A DNA stretch of 64,000 nt from Zygnema circumcarinatum SAG 698-1b (taxonomy: Eukaryota > Plantae > Zygnematophyceae), in the NCBI GenBank assembly GCA_037447605.1, contig CM074804.1, forward strand, positions 7,727,909-7,791,908, written 5' to 3'. Made by a program: the position numbers and the translations under genes. Below, piece after piece: positions 25,714-38,637 of this stretch. How positions within the stretch are numbered: position 1 is the first letter of the stretch; the number at the start of each line of letters is the position of its first letter. The notes under the pieces are model-generated. The model did no database searches, was not told the origin of the DNA, and worked only from the letters and a program-made list of their open reading frames with translations.

Positions 25714-28700
25714 ATGGCAGCCATGGCCGCCCTCCTCCTCGCCGCCGTCTTGGCCGGCCACTGCGCGCCGACCCGCGCAGACCTGCCGGCCAGCAGCCTT
25801 TTTCCGCCGGCGTACGGACCGGCCGGCAGTGAGGTCAGTTCATGGAAACCGTTGTTGGGACAGTTTGCCGTTGCGTGTATGCATGGGTAGGACTGATCTA
25901 TGCGTCCAGATCCGTGGTCCACGACGCTGTGCACACGTGGAGATTTACGATTGGGTGTCTGCTTTGACTTTGTACGGCTTGACCGTACGGTCGTTCGTAC
26001 AGGTGGCGGATCCCTGCGAGGCACGCTTCGACGCGGCGTTCACGGCCGCGCTCTTCCCCGCCGGGTTCCAGTTCGGGACCGCCACGTCAGCAACGCAGGT
26101 GCGCGCCGGCGCCATGCAAAGCCATGCATCTTTTTTTTCTTACTTTTAGGAATCGGAACGGGAGGCGATTTTTGGCCATGTGAAATGGATGCTGGATTGC
26201 ATGGGGCTGCATGGGGTCGCAGGTGGAAGGTGCGGCTTTTGAGGGCGGGAGGGGCCCCTCCATTTGGGATGCGTTTGCAGCTACACCCGGTACGGTAATG
26301 TGCTGTGATTGCAGACCCTCCTGGACTCCTCTCTCTCTCTTTAAGGCCGATCAACTTTGCTTCAGGAAACGGATTGAATGTGACCACCATCGTGTTTGCG
26401 TTTCTATGTCTGAGTTCCGTCAACCATTGAGATAGTGGCACTGTCTGTCTGTGTAGCAATTTGCTGTGTTCGAGCTGACATGGAACCGTGCTGGGCTACG
26501 GAGAATGCATTCTGCAGGGAACATCGCCGATAACAGCACCTCGGACATTGCTGCCAACCAATACCACATGTTTCGTGTACGCATCTCTCGTTGACTATGC
26601 ATTGGAAACATGTATATACAGATATGCGAGAGAGTGTAGAGAGGGAGGGGGAGAGGGAGGAGGATGGGGAGAGCGAGCGAGAGAGGGTATGTCTTACGGG
26701 TTGGGTCATGTCACTAGTTTTGCTGGACTTGAAGGAGACCTCGGAGAGGCCCTCTGCAGGAGGATGTGAAATTGATGAAGGAGTTGGGAACCACAATGTA
26801 TCGCTTCTCCATTTCTTGGTCGCGAATACTTCCAAGTAACTCCAGAACCAAACCCCTTCAACCTCGAGAAAAGTTTGCAGTTTCAAACTGTTGAAACCCC
26901 CGAGAATTTCAGAACCCTAAATTCTTGAAATTGACGTTCGCAGAGGGAACCGGAGAAGTCAATCCGACAGGAATCGCATACTACAACGCGCTCATTGATG
27001 CCCTTCTTGCTGAAGGTATTCCTTTCATCCGTCCTCAAATTTCCACACCCATGTAACTCTCCTCGAATTTCCCCTCCTCTCCCTTTCTCGATTGCCCTTC
27101 TCCCATGTTGTAAATTGCTTGTTGACAACGAAAATGAGACCGGCAATCTTAAACGAAAATACATTACACTTTGAAACATGTATAGAGCTGAAAAATGTCC
27201 TGCTTTCCTTTTTTTAAATGCAGGCATCTCCCCTGCAGTCACTCTCTACCACTGGGACCTCCCACTGTATCTGGAGGAGACTATGGGCGCCTGGCTGAAT
27301 GCCTCCATAGTGTAAAGCTCCCACCCTCTCCAATATTGGGCTTCAAGATAGCCATTTCAGGGTTACAGAAGGGAATTTAGGGTTCCTCCTTAGGGTCATA
27401 AACGACCAAGCGGCTAGAAGGGTTTAGGGTTTCTAACATGACGTCAGCTGACATGTCCTGCAGTGACTACTTTATGGAATATGCGGATTTGTGTTTTCGC
27501 TCCTTTGGAGATCGAGTTCAGCTTTGGATGACGTTCAATGAGCCGGGAAATGTGGCTACTGAGGTAAATATTTTAGTATTGTTGTATTATCATTATTGTT
27601 ACTTTTTGTTTTGGTGAATTCCTCACATGTTTTACGAAGGCTGAAGGTGTTGCTCCGCCTGTAACAGGGGTACGCATCCGGCGAGATGCCCCCGCAACGC
27701 TGCTCAGATGCTGCCACGTGTCCTAACGGAGGGGACTCCTCATCTGAGCCGTACATTGTGGCGCACAACATTCTCCGCTCCCACGCATATGCAGTGGAGC
27801 TCTACCGCTCCAAGTATCAGGTGGGAGGGAGAAATTTGAAATAAGGAAAAGAAGAAATGGACGAGGAGGGGGAAGAAAGTGGGGGAGGGGGAGGGGGAGG
27901 GGGAATAGATGAAAGATAATTTTTTGATGACATGGATGAAATGGATAAGTTTAGAGAGGGCTTTACTTTAACGAACTCTATTCGATCTGAAAAATCGAAT
28001 CTGGAGAATGAAGTGAGAAATGGTGGAACTTTGTAGTAAGCAATTGCCTGGCAGGTTGGGAAGTGGTGGTCTTGTCGTGGTTTGGATGATTTGTATGAGT
28101 CCACTTACCCTCTCCCTACGCCATTTTTTTTTTTTTTTTTTTTCTTGGAGAAATTATGTCAATTCAGGCGCAGCAGGGAGGGCGCATAGGAATGGTTCTG
28201 CAGACATGGTTTTTGTATCCTCTCACAAACTCTACCGAAGATGAGGCCGCCAGCGAGAGGGGGATGCAGTTCAACTTTGGCTGGTAGGCTTCGAACAGAG
28301 AGGGAGAGGGAGAGGGGGAGGGGGGGGGAAGAGGGAAAGGGAGAGAATGGAGGAGAGGGAGAAGAAAAGGGTGTTAGAGGGAGAAAGGAGAGGGAGGGAG
28401 GAGGGAGGGAGGAGGGAGAGGAAAACGAGAGTGAGCGAGCGGGAGAGGGGGAGAGGGTGGCGGGGGAAGGGGTGGTGGGCAGTGGGTGTGGAAAGATTTC
28501 GGAGAGGGAGAGGAGGGGAAGGGGGATAATGTAAGTAAGCGAAGATGTATGACTCTCCAGAAATGCCCATAAAAAAATCTCAAGAAACTGCGAATCATCT
28601 CCTGAAAAAATCCGAAACCCTTACTCCTCAGACCGAGTTTAGAAGCACCTTACATCCTCCAAAAGGAAAATCTTTTAAAACGAAAAAAATTGACCCTGCG

Positions 28701-30333
28701 CTGTGCAGGTTTGCGGAACCCCTCGTGGTCGGAGACTATCCAGCTGTCATGCGCCAATTGGTCGGCGCGAGGTTGCCGGAATTCAGTCCTTTGGAACAAA
28801 TGTTACTGAAAAATTCAACGGACTTTTTTGGACTCAATTTTTATACCGCTCGTTATGCGTCGGCGGCACTTCCACCGGCGCCTGAAAATGCGTCCATACT
28901 GACAGACCCGCAGATTAACCTCTCAGGTAGGAAATGGAGAGAGTGAGAGAGAGAGAGCGGGAGAGAGGGTGAGAGGGAGAGAGGGAGAAGGGGAGAGGGG
29001 GAGAGGGGGAGAGCGGGAGAGCGGGAGAGAGACAGAGAGCGGGAGCGAGTGGGAGGGGGGAGAGAGAGGGCGAGATAGAGAGAATGTGTGAGAGAGTGAG
29101 AGACCTAGTCTCCGTCAAGCAAAAAGATAGAGGGGAAGGACGTTAATGGCGCAAATTTGGAAGAAGAAATGCCTGACACCGCAACAAGATCCGTGAAACT
29201 CGAAATATTTCCATGTTCATAAGAAGAGTGTGCTGTTTGATGCAGAAACAAACGCTCTTGGAGTGTTGATTGGCACGCCGGTGAGTCGCTCAAGTTTTAC
29301 AGATACAACTTTAACTCATAGAGTTTTTAGGGTTTTTAGGGAGACAGAGAGAGGGAGCGGGTGGGGGCGAGGGTAAAGTGTGGTGGAAACGAAAGAGGTT
29401 TGAGAGATTCCTGGAGTTTCTTCTGATATCAATGGGACAGAAATTCTATGTGTCTACTGTTGTATGTTTGTTATAATGCTTGTTTTTTCCCCCCTTACCT
29501 TTGCTGCAGAGTGCATCTGAATGGCTCCTCTCGGTTCCTAACGGAATATATTCCATGATTATGTGGGTTAGTGCCCGCTATAGCAACATTCCTATCTTGA
29601 TAACGGAAAATGGTGAGGCTTCTTCAATCCTAAAGAATCCTAACTGGTATATCAGAGTTGCTGTAACTACATTGCGTAAAAAAAAACAATATATCTTGAA
29701 ATTCCTGAGATGTCTGTATACAAGTGTTCATCTCGCAGGAGTGAGCGATTCCGGGAATGTATCGATTCCTACCGCCTTATGCGATCAAGAGCGCATCACA
29801 TACATGGAGTCTTATTTAAAGGAAATTCTCCAGGCCATAAAGTAAGAGATCCTTTGCAAACATATTTCCGTTCTTTGCGTGTGAAAGCATTCTTTTACAC
29901 TCATCCATGTATCCATCGTACAGTTTTCTTTTTCAGGTTGAGATGAATGGGAGAGAGGAAGAGAGACAGAGAGAGCGAGAGAGAGTGGGAGAGTAAATTT
30001 TAGAGAAATAACCTTGAAATAGCCTATCCTTCCTAAAAATGTATGTGGGTCTCTACCAAAGTTGTAGATTCACACACATGTGTACGTACATGCATGCATG
30101 CGTGCATGCATGCATGCTCGCCGGCGCTGACTGCGGGCCGGTGCCGTTTGGCGCGCAGCGAGGGCGCGCTTGTGGAGGCGTACCTGGCGTGGGCGTTCGT
30201 GGACAATTGGGAGTGGGCGGAGGGCTTCTCGCAGCGCTTCGGCCTCCTCTTCGTCGACTTCGCCCGCGAGGACCGACCGCGCCGCGCGAAAATGTCCGCA
30301 ATATGGTACGCGCGCTTCCTGCGCGCGCCCTAG
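25714..30333 (+). CDS. Glycoside hydrolase family 1 beta-glucosidase with signal peptide (~15 exons)
   Basis: [18 protein letters not shown] leader; [15 protein letters not shown]|[16 protein letters not shown]; [12 protein letters not shown]; TLYHWDLP; acid/base motif TFNEP (~27530); DFFGLNFYT; nucleophile motif ITENG (~29600); [23 protein letters not shown]. Confidence 0.93.
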
Positions 30334-31597
30334 GTAGGGTCTAGGGCCTAGGACCTAGAGCGGCGTAGGGAAGGAGGGAGGAGGGAGGAGGGAGATGGTG
30401 TTGAATAGTTTTCAGGGGGGAGGGGAGGAGGGAGGGGGTAGGGAGGATGGAGGGAGGGAGAGAGGAGGGAGAGAGGAGGGAGAGAGGAGGGAGAGAGGAG
30501 GGGGAGAGGAGGGAGGATGGAGGGAGGATGGAGGGAGGAAACCGGGGGACGTAGGCTGTAGGCCATTATATGGCAAATTTCGCGGGAAAGTGTGTACTTT
30601 TAGTTTACTTTTTTTTGGGAGATTGTTGTTAGGAATGTGCTATACTCTGATGAGAGAAAAGTAACAACACGTATGAAAAAGATTGTAAAAGAGTGAGAGA
30701 GAGGTCGAAGATGAGAGAGGAATATAGAGAAGAGAGGAGAGGGAGAGAGGAAGGAGAGAGCAAAAAGTAGAGACGAGAGATAAATTGCGAGAGCGCGCAA
30801 AAGATAGAGAGGACAGGAGCGTAGGAAATTGCAGAACAATGTGTACACATATGTTGAGAAATTATAAAATTTGACTTTGTAAAATTTTAATCTACTGTTC
30901 CCTTTCTTCGGCACTGAAGACTTGACGATAATTTTTTTTTTTTTTTTTCTTTGATTCTCGGGGCTTAATCAAAAAGACATACTCCTTTGACCGGAATTTA
31001 TCAAATTATAATGAATCTTAAAATTAAATACATCCTCCTACTTTAAATGTTTCCAAACAAAGGTTGTAAAAACCGCTGATGGTCAAGCAATTTGGAGAAG
31101 GAGAAGTAAAGAGAGAGAGAGAGGAGAAGATGAAGGAAATATCTCTTCAAAATATTCTCATTTGTCAGCAAAATGAATAAGAATGTACTCTCTTTCCCAT
31201 GCATGAATGTACCCTAGAACTTCTCCGAACAATACTTCCTCTCCCGCATCCCTCGCAATATATCCCTCTTCCAGCCTTCGCTGGAAAGCCAAAGTTGTCC
31301 TAAAGAAGGTGGCAAAAACTGCCCAAAAAGGTTTATAGCTAGATACTTAACATCCTCGTGTATCCTCTCCCATCCCATCCCATCTCTTCTCTCCCACCCT
31401 CCTCTCTACCTTTCCTATTCCCTCTACTGCCATCTCGCCATTCTTTCCTTCGTCCTCCACTCATTTCCTTCTTTCTCACTTTCCTTTACATCAACCCTTT
31501 GCTTGGAAAAATTCAAATTTCCAAACTCAATGCCGAACCCTCCTAGTGGTTTCAGACCCCCCTCCCCTCAGAGTCTGCTCCGAGGGCCCATCGCGGT

Positions 31598-34500
31598 TCA
31601 AATGGAGAGAGAGGGCGGCACCCACACATAGCCATGCGTCCTCTCATACCCAACTCGGGTAGCCAGCTCATCCGCTTCCGCAGGGCCCCGCCCCCCTTGC
31701 TCATATACGGTCAGCTTTAGCTTCCCAGCATCGATCTTATCCAGCAAAGGGGTAAAGATCTCCCACGCAGCCTGCAGGGCAGAGGCACAATGGAAAAACA
31801 GAACACAGGGAAAGGGACCTACTTGTAAGGAGCTTGTTTACCATAGCTGCTGGCTATCAGTACTTGTCTAGATATTTGTGAAGAAGTACAGATGGAAAAG
31901 GGCAAAGCAAGTGAAGTGAATCTGAAGGGTACCTTCAGTTCATCTCGTCGAACAAAGTGCTGCTGATCTCCTCGAATTCTGCGATACAGAAAATAGCAAG
32001 GCAATTTGAGGGACAATTTAGCCCCACACAGAATCCCTTTCAACCAACAGGGAGGTTAATAGGGAGGTTAATGAGAGCTAAAGCATTCCACAGAAAGCAT
32101 GAAGATAGAGCTCGCCACTCACGTATCAAGAATGAGCCGCTCATAAGCTTCAGGAATGGGCACTCCCACATAGCGCTGCTTGTAGGAGAGGTCCAACTCG
32201 CTCTGTGTAGCCGCCATGTCAAGGCCGGGCTGCTTCACCTGTTTTCAACCCATTTCAATGTTGTACACATCAGTTACTCGGTTTCCCCCCTTAAGAAACT
32301 TACCAACAGTTTCAAGAGAAGTGACCTAATGGGAGGCAGGCAGTCCATTGTGCAAACTAAGCATTCACTTGACCTACGGGCTAGAGACTAGAGGCTAGGG
32401 GCTAGAAGACATAAACGAGAGATGAAAGCAGCAAGTGCGGGTAAACTGAAGGTTTGTTAAAAACAGAAAGATCCACTTTGAGAGGTGAACAAATGAAGTG
32501 AAAGTGGAGGACTGACCGTCAGTTTCATGTACATCGCTTCAGAGGGCTGCAGCCTCATCACAAACTCATTCCGCCCCTGCCTATTGGCTGCATTTCAAAC
32601 AAACAACAAAGGATGTATTTAGGCCTGACCTTTCACTCAGTCCCAATCCCTAAACCACAAAGACCAGCCTGAATAGGTTTAGAAATCCCAATTTTCGACC
32701 CTAACCCTGTTCCACCCCACCACCTCTCCCGTTTTCCCTTTAATTCTTTCGAGTGGAATCAGCCAAAACCACACAAGCTCACATTTAAAGATGTCTCCGG
32801 GAACATCCTTAAACTGTACGCGAATCTCCGCCTTCCGCTCGTTCAATGCTTTTCCTGCCTTTATGATGAAGGGCACCCCTGCTCCAAACGCAAAGTGAGG
32901 GCCAAATAAGCACCTTCCTGAGACCAGCTGAATTTTCTCCACAGAGAGAGAACAGAATTACTTTGTACTAAAGAAACAAAAAAAAGAAGCAAAACCCGGC
33001 CTCCTTACCATCCCAGCGCTCATTGTTGATTCGAATGACTACGGTGGCAAAGGTGGGAGTAACGCTCGCTTTGGGGACGGTGGGATCGTCCTTGTACCCA
33101 TCATATTGGCCCAACACAACTTCGTCGTCTTTTATGGGTTGCACACATTTCAGTACCTGCAACAAGAGAACAGAAAAGCAGACAGTATAGTATCAACTGA
33201 AATCATATTCGTCTGAATCAAAGACAAGTTACACGATACAAACCTAGATTCTACTGACTAACTTCATTCTCTTTAGCTGAAATGAACAAGGTCAATGCAT
33301 CAGCTGCTGAGTTGATGCAGATTCCATCAGTTCCATTTCAAGTGCTCTCGAGAAGAGATGATAAGGAGAGATGAAAACAACGGGCACATTATTCCAATGT
33401 ACAGCTTTATGTAGAGAAGAGGGGTGGGGGAACAGCTCTACCTTGACCTTCTCGTCGCGAATGTGTTCTGGATCAGTTGAGATCGGCTTCTCCATAGCAA
33501 CGAGACATAGAACCTGCAAATTTCTTCCCATAGGAGCCCTTCCCCCTTCATAAATCAACAACCTTGAAGACTCTGAGCACAACATAACGACCTCTGTGCG
33601 TATAAGGCAGATCCCATCTAAGAATTTATGAATGCAAAACATGGCAGTTCAATTTGTATCAACTTTTCAATCTCAAGCCTTTCCAATTGCCGATGCATAT
33701 GTGAGGTCTCAAAAAGGCATCAATCGCGTACCTGAAGGAGATGATTTTGAATGATGTCCCTCACAATTCTGCAATATGGAACCCAAAACTTATTACTGTA
33801 AGGACATTCACACTCACATGCATGTCAACTCTGCCGAGTGAAGAGAGAAGAGCGAAGATGAAAAGAGAGACGAGAGGTGTCAGGCTCTGCAAATGGTAAA
33901 GAAAAAGTAAAGAGAGAGAGGGGGATGGGGAGATGGAGAGAAAGGGACGGGGAGGGGAGGGAGGGAGAACGATTCCAAAGATGCAACAACTCACCCATAT
34001 TCGTCAAAATAGCCTCCTCGGCCCTCTGTTCCAAAGTCCTCTCGGAAAACGATCTGGTTTCAGGAAAATGAAAGGGGTTTTAAGAACTATATATTGCACA
34101 CGTTGACTGATAATAAGGCCATGCTATGAAAGTTGGCCGCATGCATACTTCAGTTTTTGCCATTGCAATTCACCTGAAGGTCTAGCACTGCAGCAAACAT
34201 TGGGGCATTCAGAGTGCCTAGTCTGGTTTTGCAACACAGAGAATTGACAATGTCTCTACCTGAACATTGTCGATATTATCTCGGTTCCAAAGTGGGACAA
34301 AGAATCGGTTGGCAAATCGCATCACAAGCTGACGCATGGCAGCACAGGATAGGGAAAGAGTCAGTGGGTAATAGGCAGCTTTGGTAGCCCCTGCAAAGAG
34401 ACTGAACTTCTACACATGCACAATGCTACTTCCAACAATGGCTTTCATGGTTTAAAAGCTGGGGAAAAGACCCTTTAAGACCCTTAAATTGGTTTTTAAA

Positions 34501-37075
34501 TACAGCAACGGAAGCTGATTTGCTAAATGATTCTCAAGAATGAAGTACGTTTGTATGAGACATATGCACTTTTTCCAGTCACAGAGAGAACATGCAACTC
34601 ACCAGATTCTGAACAATTTCTTTGCCTAAATAGTGGTCGATGCGATAAAGCTGCTCTTCCGTAAACAATTGGCCAAGTTCCGAGCTCAGCTTTTCCGCTG
34701 AAGCGAGGTCTTTGCCGAACGGTTTTTCGACAATCACTCTTGTCCAGCCACCTGCCAATCAGTCCGAAGCCAAAGCTTGAGTGGAGATACAACTCACATT
34801 GATGTTTGATGTTGTCTGCTAAATCAACGAAGTCCAAAAAACGTTCACACCGTGCTAATTCCGCTTTAGTTTCGCCGCAGATCGTACCAAGCTTAACAAG
34901 AATCTCCTCACAGACTTCATAAGGCTAATGCATCTGCTACAAGTGCAAGGACCGCTTTCAAAGACTTGTTCTACTTAGAAACTGAAACTCCCCTTCACTT
35001 CCCCACAATATATTCACCAAGCAGCTTCATACCTTCCCACGCAGGCAGCGACTCGTAGACTTACGAGAGTTCATGCAGTATTGTCGAACCTCCTTAGCCA
35101 CTGCAGGGTAGACGGAGGGAGGCAATGCCATGTAAAAAAGACGGCGGGTTGGACCGTTCTCCCCTGCCTTCGTCCTCTCATAGGCCAACACTTGCTCTTG
35201 TAGTTTCGCATAGCCATCCCTTCCCTCATAGGGGCCGGATACATACGTTATGAGATTCAAAAACTCAGCCACCGGGTCTTGTTCAGTCTGAGGGCCACTA
35301 ACCTTCAGATACCTGCAAGTGAGCGCCGACAACGACTTCGTAAAATTACCATAGAAAAACAGCTGTTAACAAATGCACGCATATGGGAAATCAAAAGCAG
35401 TTATGATGGCTAGAGTTTGTGGGTCTTAAGAATTAGTGTCAGGCGTAAATCCTTGACAGTTGCCTGCGATATGGCTATGCACATGCAGTGGTAAAAGCGT
35501 GCATCACACTTCAATGAAAGGTTGAAAGAGTAACTGGGTTGTACACATTGAATGCAGTGATGAAGTAGACTAACTGGGTAATGTTTATACGTATTGTTCT
35601 TCCGTAGTAAAACAATCTGTTCCTTAAGCCATGAGCGGTGGTGAAGGCCAGAGTGGCATCAAATAAAACCAGCAGATAACGCCGTGAAGGTTTTGCAGCC
35701 CGGACAAAGCAAGACAAACCCGTTGACTGTGACAACTCACTCCATTGTAGAGGTTGCATGCATATATACTGCATAAGCGGTAGGGTTCATCACTTAAAAT
35801 ATAAGCGGTTGCTTCAAGTTCATACTCGAACAATGCAGGAGAAGCACGAGTGCTTGAATCAAGTTTAAAGTCATAAATTTTTCAATTCATTTTTTTGGGC
35901 ATTCTGATTGATCATATTTTATTTACTGGCATTTCAGTTCATGATTAAGCATGGAAGCGGGCAAATACCCTTTTATGCGATCACGGAGCTCATCATCGTC
36001 AAGCTTGGAACGAGCGTAGCCAAAGATATGCACTTGATCTGGCTGGAGGAAGCCCTGCTAAGTCGTGGTCCCACATCAGGGCACACTTGTAAGCATTAAG
36101 CAACGAAACCAGAGACAGAAACTGAGCGTGATGCGTTGCAGGCACATGCTGATGCATGGCGACTAAACGCTCACCAAAAAACATCAGATCCTTTCAGTGA
36201 TGTAATTCCCGAAGCAGTTTGAGCATGTGCCGTTCACGAGCACCGACGTGTACAGATTCAATGCTTTAGAAATAGATTTCATTACCTGCATTCCATAGTC
36301 TGAAGAGCTCTGCTCGTTCATTCAATGGACTTCTCTCAATTCTTTTTTCAAGTTCTTATGCACTGTCTATCTAAAGGCGATAAAGACAACCCATCATCGA
36401 CTATGGCTGGATTTCTTGCCAGGAGATAAAGTGATTTCAAACCAGCAAGCAATCGCAACCAAAGTTTAAAGGCCAGTACGCAGACAACAGTTCCATGTGA
36501 TTAAGAAAATCGCCCTCTATCTAAATCAAAAAATGAAATACAGTTAAAATCGCATCTTGAATACCTGTCGAAAAAGGTTAAAAATTGCAGGAAACGTCTT
36601 TTTCTTGGCCAAATCTCCGGATGCTCCCAGGACCACTATTGAAAGAAAGCCTCCCTGTGCAGGCAGCCACGTCAGACACATGCTCAGAAGGACACTTTCT
36701 TCTTATTTTTTTGCCGAGTCTATAGAGAAGCATTTCATATAAATTACTTCTGAATGTGGGAAAAAGCCGTTCAAGACGGGGAAAAAAAGGAGGGAGGGGG
36801 AAGGGGAGAGAAGAAGGGAGTGATAGTGACTGCATGGTTGAAACCAAATCCTAAGCTTCGTTCTAATATTGTAACCGAGGCAGTTTAAAAGGCTTCTGCT
36901 GCATCCAGACGCAAAAAAAATCTTGACATGATGATTAAATATTATAAAAGAAGGATACTTATGTCGGCATTGGCATCGTCACCTTGGCAACATTCTCAAA
37001 TGACTTCTCAGTTCCGGCCTTCAGGTTGTCGAAGTCGAGTGCTGGCGCCACTTGCTCCTTCACGGCAGCACTCAT
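31598..37075 (-). CDS. G6PD: Glucose-6-phosphate 1-dehydrogenase, cytosolic type (~15 exons)
   Basis: [24 protein letters not shown]; HIFGYARSK; [13 protein letters not shown]; [14 protein letters not shown]; [10 protein letters not shown]; [15 protein letters not shown]; [10 protein letters not shown]; [14 protein letters not shown]; [10 protein letters not shown]; HFVRRDELK; [11 protein letters not shown]. No plastid transit peptide, and the C-terminus is of the cytosolic-isoform type. Confidence 0.95.
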
Positions 37076-37627
37076 TGCGAATCTTGTGTGTGTGTGTGTG
37101 AGAGAGAGAGAGAGGGAGAGAGGGAGAGAGAGAGGAGAGTTTGATAGAGAGACGAGAGGGAAAGAGCGATTGAGAGAGGGAGATGAGAGCAATAGAGAGG
37201 GAGGGAGAGTTTGAGAGAGATAAAGAGGGAAAGGGAGGGAGAGAGGCAAAACGACAAACCACCTCGGCCGTTCCCGAAAGGCTCGAGAAAATCCAAAAAC
37301 ATGCTGATGCCATATGCGCGCGCGCCATTGGCTGCAGAGCCGGTAAGTGACGTCACTAAACGCTCGCTCTCCTTTCCGCCCCGCCGAAGGGCCGCGGCAA
37401 TTGCACGCGTCGTTGCCGGAACGCGGTTTTTGAAATTCGGGTACAATGGGGGTATAGCAAAGAAGGAAGTTCGGGTGCAATGGGGTTATAGCAAGGAAGA
37501 AACCAGGAACTAAAAACCAGAAAACAGAAACTGAAAACCAGAAACCTGAAATCAGAGCAGTACGTGAGCATTTGTTTGGGCGGGTGGGGGGGGGGGAAAG
37601 ACGCAGTGGGTCCTTGGGAAATCCCAA

Positions 37628-37673
37628 CCAATCACAGCGTGCCACGTCAAGAATAGTGGCAGTCTGTGATTGG
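37628..37673. promoter_or_regulatory. Inverted dyad CCAAT-N9-CCACG / AGTGG-N9-ATTGG in the G6PD upstream region
   Basis: ccaat-cacagcgtg-ccacg (37628-37646) and agtgg-cagtctgtg-attgg (37655-37673). Confidence 0.6.
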
Positions 37674-38637
37674 CTCCAATTTTCAGTCTCGAGTTTTCCA
37701 GTACAGTACCCTCGAGTCCCCACTTCCCACTCTCCCGTGTAGGGAAAATCCTCGAGGGGACTAAGTGGGAGAGTAGGGCCTGAAGTTGCAGGAAAAGCAA
37801 TTTGAGGGTGTTGAGATAGATAGCTCTGTTAGAGAAGGCGGGCCATAGGGGCTGCGCACTCTGCAGCGAGAGAGAAAGAGAGCGAGAGAGAGATAGAGAG
37901 AGAGGGTGAAAGAGAGAGCGAGAGCAGAGTCTGGGGGGCACAGTTGCAGTTGCAGTGCAGCTACGGCCAATTATGAGTAAAACTTATAGAAAACAGCCAC
38001 GGACATTCATCGCTCATAATGATATCACTTGATAACGGCAAACGGTGCTGCACTTGATGGAAAATGGATGTCGAAAGAGCAGAGAGATGGACATTGATAC
38101 GGAAGGAGATTGTCCGAGTGTGCACTATACAGTGAAGTTTGGGGAAGCCAAACCGAAATGGCACACTTCAGAATGTCTGGAACAACTTTAACACATTCAA
38201 AACGCGAACATGGCAAGAACTGAGCCTGCAACTGAATTACACACTGTAACTGTACATAAGCTGCAACCTCCAAATAACTCCGAAATAGGAGTAGATCGGA
38301 CAACAACTGCATAGGATGGACTGGGCTAGAATGAACCCACGAGATGCATAAACCTGCACAAATTTTCTATGCCTAGCTCGCAAAGAATAATTTGGAGAAA
38401 AGTCCAATCGCCACACAGGCAAGATCCTAATAGCCATCACTGCAATGCTGACGCCCAGGTCAATGCAATAAGATCCTCTAATTCAGGCCTACTAATTTCA
38501 ACCAACTTGGATCCCAATATATACGCGCTACCTTGCACCAATTAATAAAGTAGAAAATCTCCAGCTTGTAAAAATGTACGGGAGGGAGAGCGGGAGGGGG
38601 AGTGGGAGGGAGAGGGTGGGCAAAGGAGTGAGGGAAG

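Noticed and set aside
28168-28285. Apparent frameshift in a BGLU exon
   Set aside because: Recounting the T-run (tggtttttgtat) gives in-frame [18 protein letters not shown], so the gene is intact.
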